Shown here piece after piece: positions 55,096 to 64,000 of a DNA stretch of 64,000 bases. The DNA lies in the NCBI RefSeq assembly GCF_030144855.1, contig NC_082714.1, positions 109,616,001 to 109,680,000 on the forward strand, read 5' to 3'. The position numbers and the translations under genes are program-made. Under the pieces are notes generated by a model. That model did no database searches, was not told the DNA's origin, and worked only from the letters and a program-made list of their open reading frames with translations. Origin of the DNA: Hypanus sabinus (taxonomy: Eukaryota). The first letter of the stretch is position 1. Every line of letters starts with the position of its first letter.

Positions 55096-56171
55096 GCCAT
55101 CTATGACCTACGCTCAACAGTTGTTCATACATGTTTTTGGTTTCAGTTATTCTTGAAATAATTATGAGAAAATTTTTACTTGGTTTGAATGTTTCCCTGT
55201 CTACTCTTAGCAGCAAATATCGAACTCACCTACATCTAACAGACCAACAAAATGTGTTTCTTAATAAAGATTCTTACTTATACGTTATTATTGGTGATAG
55301 AGCAAGAGACCAGAGAGAAAAGGAATTCAAGAACGTACACATTATTGGAAAAGGAAGATGGAATCCACATTCTCTACTCTGCAGTGAGAGTGTATAAATA
55401 TGACCTCTGAAATGTACTTAATCACCTCAAAGTATTTCATAACTAACTTTGAATGAACTATTTCATCCAGACATGTAGGCTCCTTCCAGCACAAGGAGAG
55501 CCTCTACTGTTCCTGAGAGAGAAACCTTTGCACTAAACTTTTCCCTTACAGGCTTTTTAGAAGTGCAACCTTAATTAGCATATTGTTCATTTGTCAATTC
55601 CACTTATTAAATATCAATTCTGTTCATTAAATATTTAATAATGAGGAATAATTTATCATTGATTGCTAGCACTATACTCTGCAAACTGTGGATATCATCC
55701 TCCAGGTGTGATTACTTTATGGGAAAAGAATATGCAGAGATGAGTATCATTAGTTCTTGATATTGTTGAATGGGTTTATCCCCAGCCCCGCCCCCACACC
55801 TCTTCGACATTCCCTCTCCTCCTTGCCTTCTCCCCTACAATTTTATCAAGGAACTGTGAAAGTTAGGCAAAGTATGTTACAGAAAATATAAGATGCAGAA
55901 GGCAATAATGCTAGCAACAAACAAAAAGGGATAACTCAGGGAAATTGAACAAAACTTTTCATGGAAAAGGGAGAAGCACACTTACAGGCTGCAACTGTAT
56001 TATTGTAATGGGAGCCAAAATTAATTGTGCAGCCACTGGGGAAATGCTTTGAACATTGAGATGAGGCTTGGGACTATTACATGGTAATTAAACATACTTC
56101 AGCACTGGTGTATGAAGGATCATTCACAGTTTCTATTACTGAGAGATGAACCATTGTACTGAACATCTTTC

Positions 56172-56210
56172 ATGACTACTTCCATGAATACAATATATGC
56201 TAATAAACTG
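56172..56210 (+). CDS. Predicted first coding exon (MTTSMNTIYANKL) of the decapeptide-repeat protein gene
   Basis: ATG follows an in-frame TGA (56160-62). 13 codons end at a consensus donor CTG|GTAAGT (phase 0). In frame with acceptor ttcttcag|GAA at 57211/57212. MNTIYANK resembles the repeat unit MNTYAK. Confidence 0.55.
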
Positions 56211-56238
56211 GTAAGTCCCCTGCCAAAAGCTCCATCTC

Positions 56239-56251
56239 GTTCCATGGCAAC
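56239..56251. promoter_or_regulatory. RFX X-box-like motif GTTCCATGGCAAC
   Basis: One base short of the canonical GTTGCCATGGCAAC, with a perfect CCATGGCAAC half; 29 nt into the predicted intron 1. Confidence 0.45.
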
Positions 56252-57211
56252 TCATTCAGTACACGTGTAATCTTTCTGCAATTCAGTAATCTTCATCTCA
56301 CCTTCCTCAGTGTTTTCCAAAACCTCTGCAGAACACACCTCCATTTCCATAGCCCACAACACTTTAATCATGTAAATAACTAACTCTCACAATTTGCAAG
56401 ATTGTCAAAAGCTGAAGGATAAGCTCTCGACCCTATTGCACGCCCAGTAATGCTACAGACCTCTGGAGTTCCAAAGTCAATTGGCTTTCTCTCTGTGCGG
56501 TATGTTATCAACAAGTTTGTCTTTGAACATTGCTTTTCCAGTGATGGCTTCATAGTCGATCTTCTCAACACATTAGTAGGACTGAAGCCTCGATAACTGA
56601 ATGTGTAGATGATTAAGCTATGTGAAAGCAGTATTATTACTGTTACATTATAATTGGCAGACCATTCTTCTACTACATTTGTCTTTTACAAAATCACTAG
56701 CAAAATAAAAATCTGGCCTGTGATTTTCAATTGTTAATTTTAAACAGCAATAAAAGCTTTAACACCTAAAGATGACACCATACTATGAATTTTGTAGCAG
56801 AAACGATAAGGGGTATGGTTAGAATATGATAGAGTGGGGTGAATTTTCAAGTAGAGATAAAAGAGATATATCTGTATCCATTTGGATATTAAAGGTGCTA
56901 TATAAATGTTCATGCTGTTCCTAAAAATAATTTTCAGCAATATATTTTGGTGTAGGAGGGTGGATGGCTGCTTAGTTAGCACATCTGGTAAAACTAACCA
57001 GACGCAAAATGTTGATTTGACCTTTCTTTTGGTTTAAGTATTAGCGACTAGTTTGGTTTATGTTTTACTGCATATTAGACCAAATGGAGGGGGGAGTGTA
57101 TGTTGTAAATTATCTTTATCATTATGCTGTAGCTTATAAAATCATTTGAGTCCTAGGGTATAACAACTCATTAGCAACTTTTCCCTAAATAACAGATGGT
57201 AAATTCTTCAG

Positions 57212-59581
57212 GAATATGAAACATCATCATATCCTATGGGAACCTATACTGCACTTCAATATCCTATGAATACGTATGCTAAAGTTCAGTATCCTGTGAG
57301 GACCTACCCTACATCTCAATATCCTGGAGAGAGCTATGCTATAACTAAATATCCTGTGGGGACATATGCCACATCTCAGTATCCCATGGGTAACTATGGC
57401 AAACCTGAATATCCTATGGGAACCTATGCCACAGCTCGGTATCCTGGAGGAATCTACTCAGATCAGTACTCTGGAGGAGCCTATGCCACATCTAAACCTC
57501 CTGTCGCAATTCATGCCAAAACTCAGTATCCTGTGAGGAACTCTAGTGAAGCTCCATATCTGGCACCCTCCTATGTTGCAAATCAGTATCCTACGAAGAC
57601 TTATGTCATGGGCCAACATCACATGGGCACCTACAATTCAGTTCCTTATCACATTAGAAACTACGTCGCTGGTCACTATCCTCTGACCCACTTTTCACCT
57701 CAGTATGCAGTGAGGAATTACATTGTGGGCCAGAGTCTGCAAAACAGTTTGCAAACCTATCTGTTGCCTATCGACTCTGCAAGGACCGATACCACGGATC
57801 AGCATTCCACAACAAGCCATGATACAGATACAGATGGGAATGTTCAAAGAATCAATAATGCAAGCCAAGATTTTGAAATGATTGACACCATAGATGAGGA
57901 TCTTACAAGGAGTGAGAGTGTAATAGACCAGGATTTTGAAAGGGCTGTTAGTGCTGATCAAGACCTTGAGAGGGTTGACAGCATAGACCAGGATTTTGAA
58001 AGAACTGATTCCACCGACCAGGATACTGAAAGGATTGAGGTTGCAGACCAGGAAGCTATGAGGTACAGCAGTGAAGATCAAGATTCTGTGAGAGGTGTGA
58101 GAGGTGATAGTCTAGAGAGGGATTCGATGAGCTCAGGGCAGTATTCTGAGAGAACTGAAAGCGTAGACCATGATCCTATCAACGTTGACAGCAGGAGCCA
58201 GGATATTTCAAAGATGGACGAAGTCGAGGGCTTCATGGAGACTGAGAGAGCAGGGCTAAATGCTGCAGCGAACAATGGAATAGGCAAGGATGTGGAGAAG
58301 ACAAAAAACACTTCTGGGGGCCCCATGAGGGCATACTTTATACCTAGGTATCTTGTGGATGCCTATGTTGCAGGTCAGTATCCTGCAATGGCCAATAATG
58401 CAGAAGGATACTTTGTACCAGCTTACGCTCCTCATTTTCCTGTGAGAACCTGCATTGTAAACCCAGGTTTTACAAGGGCCTATATGGCGGTTCAGGATCC
58501 AAACTGGACTGATAACTCAGCTCAGGACCTCTCTAAGGTCAGAAGCCCAGAACAGAGTCCTGCAAACACAAAGAGCCCAGAACAAAGTCCTACAAAGTCA
58601 AGAAGCCCAGAACTCATGGCTACAAAAGCAAGAAGCCCAGAACTCATGGCTACAAAAGCAAGAAGCCCAGAACTCATGGCTACAAAAGCAAGAAGCCCAG
58701 AATTCATTCCTACAAAGTCAAGAAGCCCAGAACTCATGCCTACAAAGGCAAGAAGCCCAGAACTCAGTCCTACAAAGGCAAGAAGCCCAGAACTCATGCC
58801 TATAAAAGCAAGAAGCCCAGAACTCATGCCTACAAAGGCAAGAAGCCCAGAACTCAGTCCTACAAAGGCAAGAAGCCCAGAACTCATGCCTATAAAAGCA
58901 AGAAGCCCAGAATTCAGTCCTACAAAAGCAAGAAGCCCAGAATTCATTCCTTCAAAGGCAAGAAGCCCAAAATACAATCCTACAAAAGAAAGAAGCACAG
59001 AACAGCCTCCTGCAAAGGTGAAAAGTCCAGAGCAGGGTCTTACCAGAAGCCTCGAACAGAGTCATGTGAAGAACAGAAGCCCTGCCCAAAATTCTATAAA
59101 GAACAGAAGTCCTGACCAGTATTCTGTAAAGACCAGAAATAGATACCAGAGTTCTGGAAGGACCAGAAGCCCAACCCAAGGTCCTGTGGAGATTAGAGAC
59201 CAAGTCCAGGGCCCTATGAAGAGCAGTACCCCAGGCCAAGATAGCATAACAAGTAAGACAGAAGAACCTGTAGGCACCTATGTAGCAGCTCAGTATCCTG
59301 TAGCAATCCATTTTACAGGTTTGTATCCTTTTAGGAGCTACCTGACATCTCATTATCCTTCAGGTACTTATTTTTCAGATCATGTACCAATGAAATATGT
59401 GACACCTCCATATCCTACAAGAAACTGCGTTACACCTCAATATCCTGTCCAGACCTGTGTGCGATATCCATTGATAAACTGCAGTTCACCACAGTATCCT
59501 GTGAGATCCTACAAAGTCCCAGTATATCCCCTGAAGACCAACGTTGAACCTAAATATCCTGTGAGGTGTGTCAGCCTTTAA
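57212..59581 (+). CDS. Large terminal coding exon of an uncharacterised decapeptide-repeat protein (781 aa from ATG 57236; ~802 aa if spliced to 56172-56210)
   Basis: 2.37-kb stop-free frame in TE-rich DNA. The diverged 30-nt repeats keep frame (length variants are whole codons). No TE motifs. Open upstream to EYETSSYP at 57212. AATAAA at 59673 and 59715. Confidence 0.88.
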   Translation, partial: EYETSSYPMGTYTALQYPMNTYAKVQYPVRTYPTSQYPGESYAITKYPVGTYATSQYPMGNYGKPEYPMGTYATARYPGGIYSDQYSGGAYATSKPPVAIHAKTQYPVRNSSEAPYLAPSYVANQYPTKTYVMGQHHMGTYNSVPYHIRNYVAGHYPLTHFSPQYAVRNYIVGQSLQNSLQTYLLPIDSARTDTTDQHSTTSHDTDTDGNVQRINNASQDFEMIDTIDEDLTRSESVIDQDFERAVSADQDLERVDSIDQDFERTDSTDQDTERIEVADQEAMRYSSEDQDSVRGVRGDSLERDSMSSGQYSERTESVDHDPINVDSRSQDISKMDEVEGFMETERAGLNAAANNGIGKDVEKTKNTSGGPMRAYFIPRYLVDAYVAGQYPAMANNAEGYFVPAYAPHFPVRTCIVNPGFTRAYMAVQDPNWTDNSAQDLSKVRSPEQSPANTKSPEQSPTKSRSPELMATKARSPELMATKARSPELMATKARSPEFIPTKSRSPELMPTKARSPELSPTKARSPELMPIKARSPELMPTKARSPELSPTKARSPELMPIKARSPEFSPTKARSPEFIPSKARSPKYNPTKERSTEQPPAKVKSPEQGLTRSLEQSHVKNRSPAQNSIKNRSPDQYSVKTRNRYQSSGRTRSPTQGPVEIRDQVQGPMKSSTPGQDSITSKTEEPVGTYVAAQYPVAIHFTGLYPFRSYLTSHYPSGTYFSDHVPMKYVTPPYPTRNCVTPQYPVQTCVRYPLINCSSPQYPVRSYKVPVYPLKTNVEPKYPVRCVSL
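58535..58999 (+). repeat. Coding 30-bp minisatellite (TKARSPELMP-type), about 15 units
   Basis: Near-identical tacaaa(a/g)gcaagaagcccagaactcatg(g/c)c units, with a 90-bp triplet duplicated (aa 499-558). Confidence 0.97.
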
Positions 59582-59672
59582 TAGTGGAATCATTGGTCCT
59601 GTATCTGTGGGCATCCGCCCTTAAACAAGCTGCGGCCTTCTATCAGCGTAAAAGTAGACTTAGTGAAAATAG

Positions 59673-59720
59673 AATAAAGCCAGTCATGACCACTCCAACT
59701 GTATCTTTATTTTTAATAAA
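59673..59720 (+). terminator. Two AATAAA polyadenylation signals
   Basis: AATAAA at 59673-78 and 59715-20, about 90 and 135 nt after the stop codon. Confidence 0.6.
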
Positions 59721-61984
59721 TGTTCTGTTCATGAACTTGATGGGTGATAGTACTACCGTTTTGAACATTTCTCTGGTACCTGGGTAAGCATCAACAACTT
59801 CTCAATCAGATAAATTACAGAGGTCTCTTTTAAGATTGTCCCAATAATACAGGTTATGCTAACAATGCTGAAATGGTGTAACATTTTGTTTATTTGTGCA
59901 GTGACAATAGGATTGACACCTTAGTGACAGATTAGGGGAATCCTTTGTTCCACGTTCCCTTAAAGACTGAATTATAACAGTCCAATCTCACTCCACCATG
60001 AAATCTAGAACTAAAATCCCCTGAGCTACCAGCCTGAGCATGGCTGGATACAAATGCAGACCTTCACAACTGATTAATGCACTGTATCTCCTAATACCTT
60101 GTAAATTCTCTCAGAGATTTAAAGTAGGCCTCAAGACCGGCCTCCTCAGATCTGATTATTCTTAAGACTGAGTGCGTGATGTTCACTGTCTTTCTTCGTT
60201 AGTAATTGTTCACAAAATATTTGCATAACAGATGGCATGGAAGACATTGTGTGCCTGTGGTTTCTTATAATTGGTCACTTCAGCTTGGAAGAGGATTAAT
60301 TGAACCTTGGACACAACACCAAAGTAGGGTTTCACCTGAAGTTCCAATTGGGCATTGACAGGACCCAGTGAAAATCAAATATTGTAGATACGCATATTGG
60401 GGTTGGAATAACAAGTAGTGGAAATACATATGGAAATGCACATTCTCTGAAATGATTTAATTCCAAATAAAACAAGATGATGATGTTCCTGTTCATGGGC
60501 TAGAGCCTGTAAAACGTGATGTGATCCCAACATTCAATGGCCTCCTCTTGTTCCTATTACCTATTTCTAAGCTGTGCAACTTGAAAAGATAATGCACTCA
60601 ACTTCCTCCTCATTGTTAATCTGCAGATTTTAGGATAGAAGAATTGAAAAGGTTTGCATTCTCCAACCTTGATTGTTCAGAATAGACTATGACGTCTTCT
60701 GCACAATAAATATATGATAACAATAACAAATGAAATTAATCAAATAATTTTCTCCTTAATTTCTTTGAGTGATGATCTTAATGAGTGATAGACGAGTTTC
60801 AGTTAGTGGCCAGTTCCTGCTACCATTTCTCATGGTCCTGAAAAAGAGTACCTTGAAAAAGTTCAAAGTACATGTACTATCAAAGAATGTATAAGTTACA
60901 CAACCTTGCGATTTATCTTGTTTAACTGCCATCTTGCCAGCATCTTTTCAACTGCCTTGAGTTTAACTGCTAGGATTCAAGAGTCGTACAAAACCCTTGA
61001 TGACCTTCAGTAATAGCATAGTTCTGAAAAACATCTGCTGCTTCGAGCTGTATATTCTCATCATTTGCTTGGGCATCTTTCTCCTCCCACCATTTGCCAT
61101 GTTCAACCTTTGAAGAGCAATATAGAAGACATGATATATGTTGCTATTCTGAAAAGACAATTTTTTTAATGGTTGACCAGCATTAATGTTTCATCCGGGT
61201 TTAACTTAAGACTTAGTGAGTTTGCAACAAATTCCAATAGCCATAATTTTCAATCTAATTCAAGGCATCAAAATCCACTACTAGCTGAGACTCTTCACCA
61301 GATCCTCCAATGCTGCACCTGTTGCTTCAGAAGACTCCAGTGAAAATGCTGCATACTTCACTGAATCTTTAACAATGACTTGATGAACAAGTGAACACTG
61401 TGAATCACCTGGTGCTCCTAGTTACTAGCTATAGATACTGGGGAAAGACTATCAGATCCTTGCTGTGAAAATCATAATACAGCTATTTTCCATAGCAAGT
61501 TCAACAATTTAGAAACAAGGACAGATCATTCAGCTCAATTGTTCTCTTATTTAATTAAATTATTTCAATCTAGACTTAACAAACCAAATTAACAAAAATC
61601 TATCGATCTCAATTTTGAACATATCAATCCACCCAGCATACATAGACTTTTACAGCCTAGATCCTGCTTTTCAGCTTCCAGATTTTCATGCCTTTGTGGG
61701 AAAGAAAGGTGCTGGATCCATTCCAGCGTGGCTAGTCCTTTAAGATCATGATGTTTTAGATTCTGCAACCGAGGAAGAGTTCCTCTAAATCCACTCCAAT
61801 TAAATCTATTATTATTTTGAACTTACTCCCAACACTAATATATCCCTCTTGAAGTGTGCTTCATAAAGCATTCTTCTCTCTTTATTCCAGACCTAATTAA
61901 TAGAAGGCATTGGCCTTTATGTGTTGGTGCACTGGAACAACTGATAAAAAATAGCAATAAGTGCAGACAAGAGGAAGGAGGAAT

Positions 61985-62370
61985 GAATTTGCATTTATTT
62001 TGTGCCTTTATAACCTCAGGACATCCAAAGCAATTTTGAGGTGGAGCCCCATTACAATAAAGAGATTACAGAAAACTTCTCCAAGATCCCATAGCCATCA
62101 ATGAAGTAAATGACCAGATGATATAATATTAGTTGAGATTTAACTATCAGACAACACACACTAAGAACTTATCTGCTCTTTGTCAAATAGTGATATGGGA
62201 TCTTTAATATGCTGGGATATCTTCTCTGAAAAATGGCTCCCTTGAAAATACTGCAATTCCTCAGCTTTGCGGAGGTACCCAGCTGGAATATGTGTTCAGG
62301 TGTCTAGTGTGAAGTTTGAACCCACACTAGCCTATCTCAAAAATACGAGAAACCATTGAACTGAGGGGCC
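61985..62370 (-). mobile_element. Ancient Deu-domain SINE (SacSINE1/AmnSINE-like)
   Basis: ctgctctttgtcaaatagtgatatgggatctttaat...gtttgaacccac is the reverse of the recalled Deu/tRNA-head consensus. Confidence 0.55.
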
Positions 62371-62503
62371 AAAAAAAATTCTTTGATACAAAAAAGGTGC
62401 TGTTGGTGACCTCCTTCTTTTCTATTTCTTTCCAAAGCCTTGCCTGCTTCAGCATCAAAAGCTTTTACATAGAACATTTCTACATTTTTACATGTTGCTG
62501 ATA

Positions 62504-62506
<3 letters not shown>

Positions 62507-62566
<60 letters not shown>
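62507..62566. repeat. (GT)30 microsatellite
   Basis: Directly visible. Confidence 0.99.
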
Positions 62567-62569
<3 letters not shown>

Positions 62570-64000
62570 AATCACAAGTTTAAACCATGTGACCGCCATA
62601 TATGTAAAATGGCCTCCACTGAGGAAACTGGAATAAGATTTCAGTAATATAAAAAATTCAGATGGACGTCTTAGTGCAATCACTGTTAGCGGTAAGGATT
62701 TGAGAAGAGGGCAATTTATTTGAGTGACATTGTGAATTTCTGAAGTACACCCATTAGATCTAGATTACCACAGCTTAAGGCACCAATGTGAGAGCTGGGT
62801 GCTGGGCACAGTGGCAAAAGTACCAAGTGAGAAATTGATTATCCTGGCTGTTAAAATTCCTAAAGTGACTGACCAAAGTAAGGAAGTTTGATGGCGTAGA
62901 CATGATATTGATTTAGCTTGAGGTGTTCAGTAGTCTGCATAATGTCCTCTAATAACTTGATGATAATGATTGTATTTTCCAGTGGCGATTACTTGGTATC
63001 TTCGTTAGAATGCTCTCTGACATTTCAAAACAAAGATCCTGCTCTCGGCTGACTTGGGCTGGTTATTATTAGAAGAGCTGTGGGTAAATGCAAATATTTT
63101 TGGAATTTTGAACAAAAAGATAAATCCTCATGAACTCTCATCATGATTTTACGAAGATGGTTGGATCTGAAAACTCTTAGCAGAGAAAATGCACCAATAT
63201 TCTACGAAAGTAATGGTTGGGAAATACAACCTATTTCTTTCATTTGAGTAACCTGAGTCACAGGAGGGCACTCCTTTGATGCAAATGCTATCAGTTTACT
63301 GATTTTTTACACGGTGATTGGTAATATGGTGCTTCGGCAAGGACAACTCCACTCAGTCCTCTTGCACTCACTTCCTGCCCAAACTGAGTCTGGAGCCAAT
63401 TGTTCTGGACACAGCCCAAATTGAGTGTCAGAAAGCAGGTAGGTGAAACTTAATCATTGTCAGAGTGAGGGACAGTGAAGAAATCCAGGTTGTTAGCATA
63501 TTTGTTTTCACTGAAATGGGACATACTGATTCTTTTTTTGCATTTCACTATAAATACTTGTATCTTATCTATACAAGAGTAGACTATTATTGGTTGAAGA
63601 TTCTGCTGCGAGAGGTCTTTGTGATAAAATAGTGAAATGACCTATTATGTAAATCTGTGGGAAACAAGGAAGTGTAATACCTTGAATACTTGGGAATTGT
63701 CAATGATGTGTTACCAATAGAAATCAGGTGGCTAACTTTTAGAGTTCACGCTGTAAGATGGCCTATATCTGTTCACTGAAAATTTCTTCCATTCAGAGGT
63801 TCCTTTCAATATTTTGCTCTGCTCCATTCTTCTTGTCAGTCATTTAATATCCTCATTCTCCACCATCCACACATTATTTCACTGAAATATTCTACTTTCT
63901 TCACTCAGTTTCTGCACCAAACAATTATCCTCAATAATCTACCTTCATCTCAGTTCATTATGCCTCCTGTCCTTCATTGGCTTCCTGACATTTATTAATG

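Noticed and set aside
57695-59353. Antisense ORFs (e.g. GMSSGLLAFV repeats)
   Set aside because: Shadows of the 30-nt coding repeat on the opposite strand.
57236-59581. Calling the ORF NEFH, mussel adhesive protein Mefp-1, RNA Pol II CTD or an egg-case protein
   Set aside because: Only compositional resemblance: no IF rod, no heptad repeat and no visible signal peptide. No gene symbol assigned.
60960-61160. Exon-like segment (VEHGKWWEEKDAQ..., minus strand)
   Set aside because: No recognisable homology and no convincing donor; may be old transposon sequence.

Overview
Vertebrate genomic DNA, not prokaryotic. The repeat families point to a cartilaginous fish, probably a ray (inferred, not searched). 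Most of the window is transposon debris: Rex1/Babar-type, CR1, L1 and L2 LINEs, Penelope-like elements with minimal hammerhead ribozymes, two decayed Gypsy elements, three solo LTRs with exact 5-bp TSDs, Tc1, Tigger and hAT DNA elements, and SINEs. The one convincing host gene is at 56172-59581 (+). It appears to be a two-exon gene for an ~802-aa protein built almost entirely from 10-aa (30-nt) repeats. These repeats have diverged into Tyr-Pro blocks, an acidic DQD block and a neurofilament-like R/K-S-P-E block. An RFX X-box-like site lies beside exon 1 and polyA signals follow the stop. I do not recognise this protein. Other notable structure: an old ~37-bp tandem array with a 17-bp palindromic core (30-2360), and a 2.3-kb G-rich minisatellite that expanded inside a Gypsy gag gene. 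Most short ORFs in the track are TE fragments or noise.
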